From IMG/VR virus record IMGVR_UViG_3300036900_000025, positions 14,955-78,954 of that record: a DNA stretch of 64,000 nt; one strand, given 5' to 3'. This DNA is from a virus. The stretch's first letter is position 1, and every line of letters starts with the position of its first letter. Below, one piece after another: positions 46,584 through 55,241 of this stretch. The position numbers and the translations under genes were made by a program. The notes under the pieces are model-generated. The model saw only the letters and a program-made list of their open reading frames with translations. It was not told the DNA's origin and did not search any database.

Positions 46584-47240
46584 TCAGCCCCACTTCGCCT
46601 TCTCGATACAGGCGGTGCATCCCTCGATGCCGGGGGGACGGAGCATCCGGTCCACGATGGAGACGAAGATCCGGCGCGGCGAGCCGTCGCTATTGAGGCA
46701 GCGCGTGCAGGCGAACCCGAGGAACTGGGGAGGTCCGTCGTTCTCGATGACGTAGGCGTCGTCCAGCCCGTACTCGATCATCTGGGCCTTCTGCTCGTCG
46801 TTCAGGATCACGACGCCCTGATCGTTGAACTCCCAGGGAACTCCGTTCACGCTGATCGGCTCGACCATCGTTCCCTCCAGATCATCAGTGGTGACTGTGA
46901 CTCGGTCCTCGGCCTGTGCGGACTCGTTGGTCTGCGTGGTCGGCGGCGCGTCGTGCTCCAGGAGCGCCTTGGTGTGGTCCTTGCCACACCCCATGCACAG
47001 ACCGCGCCCAGCGAGGAGGCCGGAGCAGATGCCCTCGTAGTAGTTGGCGGCAGCCGGGGCCTGCTTGCGCGAGGAGCCGATCAGGCCGAAGAGCCGACGG
47101 ACGGTGACGAGCTGCTCGTCAGACAACTCCTCGAAGAAGCGGGAGATGTCGTGCCGCGTTGCTTCCATTTCCATCTCCTGCTGCTCAAGCATCTGAGCGA
47201 TCTGAGGCGGCATCGCCGCGAAGAAAGGACCGTCGTTCAT
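46584..47240 (-). CDS. Cys-rich hypothetical protein
   Basis: CMGC, CTRC, CTAC..KAKWG; GGAG RBS. Confidence 0.7.
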   Translation of the reverse strand: MNDGPFFAAMPPQIAQMLEQQEMEMEATRHDISRFFEELSDEQLVTVRRLFGLIGSSRKQAPAAANYYEGICSGLLAGRGLCMGCGKDHTKALLEHDAPPTTQTNESAQAEDRVTVTTDDLEGTMVEPISVNGVPWEFNDQGVVILNDEQKAQMIEYGLDDAYVIENDGPPQFLGFACTRCLNSDGSPRRIFVSIVDRMLRPPGIEGCTACIEKAKWG

Positions 47241-47254
47241 GTATGAGTCTCCGT

Positions 47255-47342
47255 AGAAAAGGTCCGGCCCGGACAGTACACTCTCGGGGGGGTAGCAGAG
47301 TGATTGGAGTCGGGGGGTTATGACTCCCTGTCCGGGCCGGAC
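47255..47342 (-). ncRNA. 6C-like RNA: two C6-7 loop hairpins enclosed by a 15-bp stem, followed by a U-tract
   Basis: Outer stem 47262-47276/47328-47342; inner hairpins ggagtc-ATAACCCCCC-gactcc and cactct-GCTACCCCCCCG-agagtg; CTTTTCT after. Confidence 0.6.
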
Positions 47343-47358
47343 GGTTGGCGGGCCCTGC

Positions 47359-48402
47359 CTAGAAGGGCAGTTCCCCGGTCGGTGCCGCAGGTGCAGCAGC
47401 CGCTGGTGCCGGAGCAGGTGCCGGAGGCGCTGCGGGGGCCGGGGCGGGCGGTGCCGGTGGTGTCGGAGCAGGCGCAGGCGGTGGTGCAGCCGGTGCCTCG
47501 GCGGCGGGCGGCGTCGGAGCGGGCGCTGCGGGGGCAGGTGCCGGTGCAGCGGCCGGTGGCGCAGCCGGGGCGGCGGGAACGGCAGGAGCCGTCTCGGCGG
47601 TGCCAGCTGTCGTCTCGTAGCCGTCGTTGTCGTCGTCGTTGTTCCGAGGGGGCTGACGCAGGAAGTCGCGGACCGATCGTGCCTGGTTCGCCATCTCACG
47701 CCACTGCGTTCGGTCAGAAGCTGCCCCACGCTCCAGGATCGGGGTCGCGTAGTCCACGGCCGACCGAGACTGCTGCTTGAGGGTTACCTTCGTCCAGAAC
47801 GTAAAGAAGGGCATCTTGTTCGTGGCGAAGTAGCTGATGTAGTCCTTGGACGGGCTGATGCCCGACTTCTGGAACGTCAGCAACGCCGGGCTGAGCTGGT
47901 CGCTGTCCTCGTCGGCCTTGTAGAGGATCGCGTAAGTGTGCTGCTCGGCACACGGCGGCGCTCCCTTCTTGACCTTGTCCCACTCCTTGAAGACGCACTG
48001 CTGGCAGGGGAGAACCAGCAGGTTGTTGCGCTGGGGATCGGGGTGGACGTTCGCAGGGTCGAAGTTGCTGAGCGCCCACGGGAACTGCTTCTCCGAGTTG
48101 ATCTGCGGATCGACGTTCGGGTACCCATGCTCGAAGTCCGTGGACTTGCACATGGGCTTGTCCTTCTCCTCGGTGTCCTTGTGCCACATGATGCGCTGCT
48201 TCGTGAGGCCGAGGAAGATGCAGTTCAGCTCGTTGAACTTGCGCTTCGTGAGGCTGTCCTGGAAGACACCCTCCTTGTGGACAATCCGCATCCGAGGAAT
48301 GCGAACGTCTGTGATGTCGATGTCCTCGAGGCCGATGTTCTCGAACTCACGGGGATCGAACTCGGCAACAGCGCCGCCGGGCTCAGGGGTTGCAACGGTC
48401 AC
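47359..48402 (-). CDS. Single-stranded DNA-binding-like protein with Pro/Ala linker
   Basis: Strong codon bias, Cys cluster, (PA)n tail ending GELPF. Confidence 0.6.
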   Translation of the reverse strand: MTVATPEPGGAVAEFDPREFENIGLEDIDITDVRIPRMRIVHKEGVFQDSLTKRKFNELNCIFLGLTKQRIMWHKDTEEKDKPMCKSTDFEHGYPNVDPQINSEKQFPWALSNFDPANVHPDPQRNNLLVLPCQQCVFKEWDKVKKGAPPCAEQHTYAILYKADEDSDQLSPALLTFQKSGISPSKDYISYFATNKMPFFTFWTKVTLKQQSRSAVDYATPILERGAASDRTQWREMANQARSVRDFLRQPPRNNDDDNDGYETTAGTAETAPAVPAAPAAPPAAAPAPAPAAPAPTPPAAEAPAAPPPAPAPTPPAPPAPAPAAPPAPAPAPAAAAPAAPTGELPF

Positions 48403-48875
48403 GATGTCTCCTGCTTCGCGTCAGCTGATGTAAGTGTCTCGTGTTGCTTGAGGGCAGCGAGGTAGTTGAGGTAACCACCAAGCTCCGTCAACCTTGCTGT
48501 GGCGATCCTGATGTCGGCGTGATCGAGGTCGATGTCCTGCTCGACCTGCCAGACCGCCAGCCCTGCTCTGTCGAGCTGTTCCTTCAACTCCCGGTAGGAG
48601 TCGTCCGCGTGGAACGCTGTCTTGAGATGCCGGTCCATCGCGGCTTGCGACATCTCTGGATGCTTGCCTCGCTCGTCGGACGTGATCTCCATTTCACGGT
48701 CCCGGAGTCGGAACTCCAGATCCCGCTTGATCTCACGTCCCTGGGCTAGCTTGGCCTGGTCACGGACCAGTTCCTCGCGAGCCTCTTGGGCTTCGGCATA
48801 GACCTTGTTGACCTCCAGGTTGCGCTGGGCATAGTCGAGCCCAGGGTGTCCAGTCGGTGCCTCAACGTCGGCCAT
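48399..48875 (-). CDS. Helical coiled-coil protein (possible UvsY-like mediator)
   Basis: All-helical; next to the SSB-like gene. Confidence 0.5.
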   Translation of the reverse strand: MADVEAPTGHPGLDYAQRNLEVNKVYAEAQEAREELVRDQAKLAQGREIKRDLEFRLRDREMEITSDERGKHPEMSQAAMDRHLKTAFHADDSYRELKEQLDRAGLAVWQVEQDIDLDHADIRIATARLTELGGYLNYLAALKQHETLTSADAKQETS

Positions 48876-49287
48876 GACGGTACCCTATACGATCCGACAC
48901 GATCCCACAACCCCTTGCACTATCGGGCGCACTGATGCGCTTCGGTCCTCGCTGCGAGAAAGGTTTGACTCGCTGCGGTCCATGAACCTTCTTTGTTACA
49001 TCTGGCTTAGCTGGAATGTCGAAGGCTTTGCTGAGCGTTTCAGCAACCTTGTTAGCCTCTTGGATCTGCATATGCAGAACAGTTCCAATGCGCTTACCAA
49101 CAGCTACGAACTCGCTGGTCGCCTCGTCCGTTATCGCTGTATGGACGCTAAGACCACGTATTGACTTGCCCCACGCACGACCGGCGGTAGCGAACGTCTG
49201 GCGCATCCCGTCCACCAGGTGCCCAAGTAGTACCCACGCCGGAACGTGGTCGGGACCAGGCCAGGGCTCGTAGTCGAACTGTTCCAC
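48862..49287 (-). CDS. Hypothetical protein
   Basis: GAGGT RBS before GTG. Confidence 0.5.
   Translation of the reverse strand: MEQFDYEPWPGPDHVPAWVLLGHLVDGMRQTFATAGRAWGKSIRGLSVHTAITDEATSEFVAVGKRIGTVLHMQIQEANKVAETLSKAFDIPAKPDVTKKVHGPQRVKPFSQRGPKRISAPDSARGCGIVSDRIGYRHGRR
48882..48910 (-). promoter_or_regulatory. Leaderless promoter (TTGTGG-17-TAGGGT, ATG 6 nt later)
   Basis: Spacing fits a transcription start at ATG 48875; no Shine-Dalgarno. Confidence 0.55.
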
Positions 49288-49294
49288 TTCTACC

Positions 49295-49591
49295 TCACAA
49301 GACCTCTTGGACGTAGGAAGTTGTGAACGGGAAGTCGTGAAGGCACTCGGGGCAGAAGTGGATCTGCTCTGCCGGGATGGACTTGACATGCACGTCGTCG
49401 GGTGCGTTGTCCATGTAGGACTGAACGAGTTGGTAGGCCGTCCAGTAGATGAATCTACACTCCATGCAGTACTGGTAGAGGTCGAACAGCGTCAACTGCT
49501 CGAATGGCGGATTGGAGTCCCACACCTCGACGCCAACCACCGTCTCGTCGCTGTGGCCGAACGAGAGTGTCTGCTGCTCGTACTCAGCCAT
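49295..49591 (-). CDS. Zinc-finger hypothetical protein (CxxC...CPxCxHDF)
   Basis: GGAGG RBS. Confidence 0.65.
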   Translation of the reverse strand: MAEYEQQTLSFGHSDETVVGVEVWDSNPPFEQLTLFDLYQYCMECRFIYWTAYQLVQSYMDNAPDDVHVKSIPAEQIHFCPECLHDFPFTTSYVQEVL

Positions 49592-49718
49592 TCCAACCTC
49601 CGAAGATCGCTGCAGCGAGTGCAATCGCCAGGATAGCCGCAATCACTGTCATGGTCAATGCGAAAAAGATGAGGAACTTGACAGCACCCGCTACATCTTG
49701 GAGGAAGCGCTCGAACAT
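49584..49718 (-). CDS. 44-aa membrane peptide (not in ORF track)
   Basis: MFERFLQDVAGAVKFLIFFALTMTVIAAILAIALAAAIFGGWNG. Confidence 0.55.
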   Translation of the reverse strand: MFERFLQDVAGAVKFLIFFALTMTVIAAILAIALAAAIFGGWNG

Positions 49719-50032
49719 CAGTGAGTCACCGCCCCTCGGTCGTAGTACTTGAAGCCCTTTTTCTTGAACCAGCGGATCATCTCACGTTCGACGACTCGCC
49801 AGTCGGGTGTTGCGTCGGGTGGTGCGATGTTCCGTGCCAGTAGCTTGTCGCGAGGTGCTGATCCGATCGACCTGCCGTCGAAGTGAACGTACACCCGCTT
49901 GAGCTGTGTCTCCTCCACGCCGATCAACATGGAGATCTGGTCCAGTGTGTAGAGGAAAGGTCGCGGCGGAATCCCGACTGCTCCGGGGTCCGCAGGTAGG
50001 TTGGGCCTGTGTCCTCGCATAGGGCTGCTCAT
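49718..50032 (-). CDS. Probable winged/MerR-like HTH DNA-binding protein
   Basis: LYTLDQIS.LIGV...WRV.E.E..RW. Confidence 0.55.
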   Translation of the reverse strand: MSSPMRGHRPNLPADPGAVGIPPRPFLYTLDQISMLIGVEETQLKRVYVHFDGRSIGSAPRDKLLARNIAPPDATPDWRVVEREMIRWFKKKGFKYYDRGAVTH

Positions 50033-50112
50033 GAGTCGAGGCGCCACCGACAGGGGAGGGAGGCGCCACGACTCTGCACCACCCGGCCCGACAAACCTGG
50101 GAGGCAGTATCT

Positions 50113-50142
50113 ACCATAGCCCATGTCGAGCCTGCGGCGCAA
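50113..50142 (-). promoter_or_regulatory. Sigma-A-like promoter (TTGCGC-18-TATGGT)
   Basis: Intergenic; preceded by TATCCCTCGC, as at the primase promoter. Confidence 0.6.
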
Positions 50143-50168
50143 GCGAGGGATAGTCACCGGCATGAGGG

Positions 50169-51002
50169 TCAACGCCTCGGAATCAAGGGCTGACGGTCGC
50201 GCTGGACACGAGTGAGTCGGTTCTCTTCCTTCATCACTTCGAGTCCCTTGGCGATTCCGGCCTCGGTGTAGCCGACGAAACGAGTCGGCTTCTTCTCGAT
50301 CTTGGCGAACCCGAGGTTCAGCCAGCGCTTGAAGACTGCGTCGATCGCTCCGGTCGATGGAGGCTTGACGCCCCACTCGGCAGCGATCTCCTTGGACAGC
50401 CACGCCGGGGTGCATTCGTACTTGTACGCCTCGACCAGCCATTCATCGCACTTCTGCTTGACCTGGTATTCGAGTTCGCCACGCGCCGCCCGTCCCGACG
50501 GGGTGCCGTCGAAAGACCTGGCATAATGCGCCGGTACGATGCCCGGAGCGGGGCTCTCTAGGACGGGTGCGGTGTCGGGGTCCGGAGCGTTAGAGCGAGC
50601 CCTAGCTTCGGCCCGTTCGCGTGCAAGTTCCTCGGCTGGAACGCTCTTGAACATCGAGCGGTCGGGCTTGTAGTGGTGCTTCTCGACCACTTGGCGCTCC
50701 ATGCCCGACTCCGCGAACATGCGATCGAACAGAACGTGACAGGTACAGGGGCAAGTCCACGGCCAGCGACATGAGGGAGCCGGGTTGCCCTGGAAAGTTG
50801 TCGGGATCGTACCCTCGCACCAGCCCTGGACACAGGCAGGCGTGCGGAACGACAGGACGTGCTGGGCCCGGTCAGGACACATGTTGTCTGAACCGACCAG
50901 CTCGCTCCCACAGATCCGCTCGGTTGCGAGTTCCATGACCTTGACTTTGGCCTTGCAGGTCTTCTTGACCTTCTTGGCCGCGCCCTGGGTCAGTGTGCTC
51001 AC
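50169..51002 (-). CDS. Cys-rich protein with C-terminal wHTH-like region
   Basis: C..GWCEG...C..PWTCPCTCH; RAARGELE...PSTGAI..V..RW. Confidence 0.7.
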   Translation of the reverse strand: MSTLTQGAAKKVKKTCKAKVKVMELATERICGSELVGSDNMCPDRAQHVLSFRTPACVQGWCEGTIPTTFQGNPAPSCRWPWTCPCTCHVLFDRMFAESGMERQVVEKHHYKPDRSMFKSVPAEELARERAEARARSNAPDPDTAPVLESPAPGIVPAHYARSFDGTPSGRAARGELEYQVKQKCDEWLVEAYKYECTPAWLSKEIAAEWGVKPPSTGAIDAVFKRWLNLGFAKIEKKPTRFVGYTEAGIAKGLEVMKEENRLTRVQRDRQPLIPRR

Positions 51003-51439
51003 CTGTTGTCCCTCATCTTCCCGTTCGCTCCGACGTGAGGCACGTTGTCTGCGTGGCCCTTCTCGACGATGCACCAGTTGCCATAGACAGTAGATCCTGG
51101 TTCGATCTCTGCCTGACAGAGCTGAACCTCGGCAGCCTGCGGTCCGAACTCGCGATCGAGTATCTTGATCCGCCGACGGAGCCGTCGGTCCTTCTCGGAC
51201 TCTTCGTGAACAGCCGGCAGCCCCATTCGGGCGACTGAACGCTCGTAGTCGTCGCCGACAAGGAGGCTGTTGTAGAACCCGAAGACTGACTTCACACACT
51301 CCCATCCGTCATCAGTGAGGGCCTTCTCGCCGTCGATGAGGTGGCTGGTGATGGACTCCAGCCTGTGAAGCAGAGCAAGGGTCACGTCGTTGTGGAAGGC
51401 ACGCCCTGTCTGGACGCGGGTTTGCTGGTCGATTGGCAT
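50999..51439 (-). CDS. Hypothetical protein
   Basis: Coupled on both sides. Confidence 0.6.
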   Translation of the reverse strand: MPIDQQTRVQTGRAFHNDVTLALLHRLESITSHLIDGEKALTDDGWECVKSVFGFYNSLLVGDDYERSVARMGLPAVHEESEKDRRLRRRIKILDREFGPQAAEVQLCQAEIEPGSTVYGNWCIVEKGHADNVPHVGANGKMRDNR

Positions 51440-52281
51440 TACAGTCCCTCCACTCCTGCCGTGTAAGCGGCCATGTCCGACCCGATGTATCCCTGGGTCG
51501 TCTCGACGCTGCTGTGGCCGAGAAGGCGCTGCACGAGGACCGGGTCATGAGTCTTGTCGTAGACAGCGGTTGCGAACGTTGCCCGTAGATCGTGCGAGCT
51601 GATCGCACGGGACAGGTTGGCTCGCTCGCCGAGGTTTGTGATAAGCCGACGAGCGAAGCGGTCGTGCAGACCGACGATGGTGAGGTTGCCGTGCTCGCCG
51701 GTACGCCGGATGACCGGCATAGCGAGCACCTCCCAGGCCTCAGTGCTGACGGGGACGATGCGAGTCTTGTCGCCCTTGCCTCGCACCTTGAGGAAGATCT
51801 GCCCAGGCTTGTAGAGGAAGTCCGCTGGCGTGATGGACAATGCCTCGGCTACGCGCAGTCCGACCCGGCCACAGAGAGCGACGAGCGCCTTGTGTCGTTC
51901 GTCTCGTGCCGCTGCAATCATCAGATCCACACCTTGCATCCCCTCGGGGATCGGGTGAGGGATACCCTTAGCGGGAGTCGGCGCGTTGTAGTCGAGGAAC
52001 AGCTCAGGGTAACCAGCCCACCTGCTAAAAGCCCGTAGGCTGGTCAGGCGTCGGCCAGTCGTACGCGGGCTCAGGATCTGGAGCTTCGCGCTCAGCCACC
52101 GCAGGCCCACGTCCTCCAGTCGCTCCATCGGAATCGACTCCAGGTTCGTCTCCCGTAGGAGCATCCTCAGGTCCGTTGTGTACGCCTTCACGGTGTTGTT
52201 TGCCCGCCCCCTCACGGACAATGAGCTGTGCATCGACTCGATAGCTTCGAGCGTAAGAATCGTCGCCTTTTTCGTAGGCAC
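51439..52281 (-). CDS. XerC-like tyrosine recombinase lacking an arm-binding domain
   Basis: NTVKAY..DL, GLRVAE, GKGDK.R.VP, HDLR.TFAT, LLGHSS..TTQGY; GAGGAGG RBS before GTG 52281. Confidence 0.92.
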   Translation of the reverse strand: MPTKKATILTLEAIESMHSSLSVRGRANNTVKAYTTDLRMLLRETNLESIPMERLEDVGLRWLSAKLQILSPRTTGRRLTSLRAFSRWAGYPELFLDYNAPTPAKGIPHPIPEGMQGVDLMIAAARDERHKALVALCGRVGLRVAEALSITPADFLYKPGQIFLKVRGKGDKTRIVPVSTEAWEVLAMPVIRRTGEHGNLTIVGLHDRFARRLITNLGERANLSRAISSHDLRATFATAVYDKTHDPVLVQRLLGHSSVETTQGYIGSDMAAYTAGVEGL

Positions 52282-52546
52282 GTTTCGCCTCCTCGTCATA
52301 CTGCCTCACGAACGGCCTCGCCGTGAAGATCAGTAGCTTGAAAAGTTCTTCCAGGGTGTCAAGCTCTTGCTCGGTCAGCGCTGTGATGTTTAGACTGACC
52401 GGTCGTCCCCCCGGACGGGGGATGAACAACCTGACTGTCGGGCCGGGTTGTACTTCTTCGGATTCGTCGGGATCGTCTTGCAAGTACCGCATGATGACCA
52501 AGTCACCAATTGCAGACTTCATCCAAGCGAAGCGATGATCGGACAT
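52025..52546 (-). CDS. Hypothetical protein overlapping the recombinase 5' end
   Basis: Fills the 52282-52546 gap; its frame stays open 257 nt into the recombinase. Confidence 0.6.
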   Translation of the reverse strand: MSDHRFAWMKSAIGDLVIMRYLQDDPDESEEVQPGPTVRLFIPRPGGRPVSLNITALTEQELDTLEELFKLLIFTARPFVRQYDEEAKRAYEKGDDSYARSYRVDAQLIVREGAGKQHREGVHNGPEDAPTGDEPGVDSDGATGGRGPAVAEREAPDPEPAYDWPTPDQPTGF

Positions 52547-52601
52547 GCGCCCGGTGCCTCGCTGAGAGGGAGTGCGTCGCTTGCCCGGCTGGTAACGTCG
52601 G

Positions 52602-52853
52602 TCAGCCAACGACTCGCTCCGCATCTGGAATGTTGCCCGGTGCTACGAACTTTTCGCGGACGTAGTCAGGATCAGTACGAACGCACTCGGGACACAGCCA
52701 GTCAACGGTACGACTCTTGTAGGTTCGTCCCCCTACCCCCATCTCGTTGAAGGAAACCTTCTTGACGGTCAGAAGATCCCGTGCCTCGATGTCGCCACCG
52801 CCGCCGGGCTTCTTACCGCAACGGGTACACTTGTACGCAGGGTTGACGGCCAT
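52602..52853 (-). CDS. Zinc-ribbon protein
   Basis: CTRCG...LCPEC. Confidence 0.7.
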   Translation of the reverse strand: MAVNPAYKCTRCGKKPGGGGDIEARDLLTVKKVSFNEMGVGGRTYKSRTVDWLCPECVRTDPDYVREKFVAPGNIPDAERVVG

Positions 52854-53512
52854 TACTTTGTCGGGATCAGGTCGGAGTTGTCGTCGGTGTCAGCGTTGAT
52901 CGGATCAGCGCAGGCTATGCACATCTGGCTGTTCAGAAGGCTGAACGCCGTGGCGATCCGAATGACGCTGTCCGGTGGCTGGGCCATGATCTGCTCCCAT
53001 TTCATCTGCGCCTGGAAGTCGTGCGAGGACGACCGGCATTGGAAGTCAGGCTGCTCGGTGTAGGCGCGAGCGAAGTCGAGCAGCATCGAGCGCAGTACCT
53101 TGCGGCCTTCACCGGAGTGCAAGAAGCCAAGGTAGTGCTCATCCATCTCGTCGGGCATTCCCTCGGGGATGAAGTAGACCTTGACTGCGTGAACGTTCTT
53201 CACGATGCCATTGAGGACGACCCGGCCGAACAGGTGTAGCTTCTCGGGAAAGATGGGGACCTGGTATCCGTGATGGTCGTAGATGTCCACGTCGTCAGGA
53301 ACGAAGGAGACTCTGTCCAGCTCCTTCATCACCACTTCCTTGATATGCTCACACCAGAACGTTGTCGCACCGTGAGCCTTGCACTCGAGGAAGCCTTCCT
53401 TGTTGTCGAGCAGGGTGACGTTCTTGGTAACCGAGCCACCGAGAGGATCCTGCTCGACTGCTGCGAAGGTAATCGTGACGCGAGGGTTCTTGAACGCAGT
53501 CACAGAATCCAC
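52853..53512 (-). CDS. Cys/His-rich protein (SWIM-like)
   Basis: C..H...CEHI; C....H; CIAC. Confidence 0.65.
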   Translation of the reverse strand: MDSVTAFKNPRVTITFAAVEQDPLGGSVTKNVTLLDNKEGFLECKAHGATTFWCEHIKEVVMKELDRVSFVPDDVDIYDHHGYQVPIFPEKLHLFGRVVLNGIVKNVHAVKVYFIPEGMPDEMDEHYLGFLHSGEGRKVLRSMLLDFARAYTEQPDFQCRSSSHDFQAQMKWEQIMAQPPDSVIRIATAFSLLNSQMCIACADPINADTDDNSDLIPTK

Positions 53513-53790
53513 CTCGCATCCTCAGGATTGGCACCCAGCTTGACCATCTGCTTCTGGACCCACTTGAAGTCCTTCTGGAGTCGCGTCCACCGCCGACGGC
53601 TCTTGGCGTTCATGTATGACCTGAGACTCAGCACGTCGTACTTGCGCGGAGGCTTCATGTTCCGCGATGCTTCGGTCCAGTTGTGAACGTCCTGGTCGGT
53701 CAAAGGACGCGGCCGAGGAGCGGGTCGTGGAGTCGGGGCTGGCTTGAGCGACTGAAGCTGCTCGCCTAGCCAGGCCCATACCTCAGCCAT
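53500..53790 (-). CDS. Hypothetical basic protein
   Basis: AAGGAG RBS. Confidence 0.65.
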   Translation of the reverse strand: MAEVWAWLGEQLQSLKPAPTPRPAPRPRPLTDQDVHNWTEASRNMKPPRKYDVLSLRSYMNAKSRRRWTRLQKDFKWVQKQMVKLGANPEDARWIL

Positions 53791-54229
53791 TGTCTGTGAT
53801 CTCCTTGTGGCGCGCCTTCCAGAACAACAGTCGCTCGTCAAGCGACGGGTCGCTCGTGATGATGGAGGCGAAGCGCACTCGTTCGTCGGGATGAAGAATG
53901 GGGTCCAGGGCTCTGATTGCCGAAGCAAGAATCAGGTCAGCCTCGCTGCGTCGAGCGCGAGGAGGTTTCGATGCGGGCGGCGGCGAGAGAGCTCCCACCC
54001 GTCCAGCCGCCGCCCGCATCTTGTCCCGTGCCGATTGGCGATCTTCCCCTACTCGCGCATCCGACTCGGGAGCTTCAAGAACTGGAGCGACAACCTCGAC
54101 TACCTTGCGTGCACGAGGCTTGCGTTGCACAGGGCCGTTGCACTCGCAGGGGAGGCGCTCGCAGAATATGCAAGCCTCCACAGCCGATGCACGAGCCACA
54201 GGTCTACTCCAGTACGACGTGTCCGTCAC
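53783..54229 (-). CDS. Hypothetical protein (CxxC...PCxC)
   Basis: First gene after a consensus promoter. Confidence 0.65.
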   Translation of the reverse strand: MTDTSYWSRPVARASAVEACIFCERLPCECNGPVQRKPRARKVVEVVAPVLEAPESDARVGEDRQSARDKMRAAAGRVGALSPPPASKPPRARRSEADLILASAIRALDPILHPDERVRFASIITSDPSLDERLLFWKARHKEITDNG

Positions 54230-54246
54230 TTGACAACGCTAGGACT

Positions 54247-54275
54247 AGCATAGCATACCCGAAAGCCGCTGTCAA
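54247..54275 (-). promoter_or_regulatory. Consensus sigma-A promoter (TTGACA-17-TATGCT, extended TG)
   Basis: Perfect -35 and spacing; overlaps the GCTAG-nn-CTAGC palindrome. Confidence 0.8.
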
Positions 54276-54363
54276 GCGAGGACTGTTGGATTTAGGCTCG
54301 GAACCAGTTACCCCAAAGTCCACTTGCAATTTTTTCCGGGGAAACTTTTTCCAGTTCCGAAGG

Positions 54364-54576
54364 TCAGTCGTCTACTCGATCGTGTTCGTCGAACCAGTTG
54401 TGCAGCCGGTCGTGTAACTCGATCGTGCGGTCTGCACTGATAGCGAATAGCTCGTGAGCCGCCAGGAAGAGTTGTCTGTCCTGGTACTTGACCGCTCGAC
54501 GCATCACCTTGGCCGCGGCGCGGCGTGAACGAATCAAGTGCAGCATCTCGAACCAAAGCTTTGGGCCTTCCTTCAT
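54364..54576 (-). CDS. Hypothetical protein
   Basis: ATGA coupling. Confidence 0.55.
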   Translation of the reverse strand: MKEGPKLWFEMLHLIRSRRAAAKVMRRAVKYQDRQLFLAAHELFAISADRTIELHDRLHNWFDEHDRVDD

Positions 54577-55241
54577 CCCGCTGCCTCCTGTTCGAGCTTG
54601 TGCTGATGAAGTACCGCCTTGACGGTGTTGACCGGCACCTTGTAGACCTTGGCCAGCTCGTCCTCGGGGAACATGGCCGAGGCGTTGATGATGCCCTGTC
54701 GGTCAGCGTCCGAGAGCTTGGCGATGTCGGGAACCGGCGGGCCAGACGGCTTCCGGTTGACCTTGTACTTCTCCATGTCAGAGCCGGGCGGGGGCGCGAG
54801 GCGCAGGTGTCCCAGCCCTCGCGTCTCGTAGTCGGTGTCCTGGTTGGCCCTGGCGTTCGCTCGTCGCTGCGCCTCGGCTGCGACCTCGTTCGCGTCGCGG
54901 TAGTGAGGCGTCATAAAGAGAGCGATGATCTCGGCCATGCCACGGGCCTTCTGCTTGAGGCCATACAGGAACATCTCGTCGTCGGTGGACCGGGGGACAG
55001 GGTGATCCTTCTGGAAGAGCGACAGCTCGTCCATGATCGAGTCCAGCCGGTGCCAGACTTCATCCAGGAGTGTCAAGACAATCGACCAGCCTAACGTTGT
55101 CGGTCCCCCTAGCCAGGGGCACTTGTGTGGAACGGGCTCTTCGTACTTGGTTGATACTCGCCAGGTGCAGTAAGGCTCTTCGCAGACGTGAACCCAAGGA
55201 TACTTGTGTGCATCCAGGGCAGTTCTTCGTTTCAGTACCAT
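54573..55241 (-). CDS. Hypothetical protein with C-terminal HTH-like segment
   Basis: ELAKVYKVP.NTVKAVL; GAAGG RBS. Confidence 0.65.
   Translation of the reverse strand: MVLKRRTALDAHKYPWVHVCEEPYCTWRVSTKYEEPVPHKCPWLGGPTTLGWSIVLTLLDEVWHRLDSIMDELSLFQKDHPVPRSTDDEMFLYGLKQKARGMAEIIALFMTPHYRDANEVAAEAQRRANARANQDTDYETRGLGHLRLAPPPGSDMEKYKVNRKPSGPPVPDIAKLSDADRQGIINASAMFPEDELAKVYKVPVNTVKAVLHQHKLEQEAAG

Noticed and set aside
47380-47600. GC-rich short DNA repeats
   Set aside because: Explained by the Pro/Ala linker of the SSB-like protein.
54230-54258. Rightward promoter from TTGACA at 54230
   Set aside because: No TAnnnT at 16-19 bp spacing (TAGCAT sits at 15) and no rightward gene.
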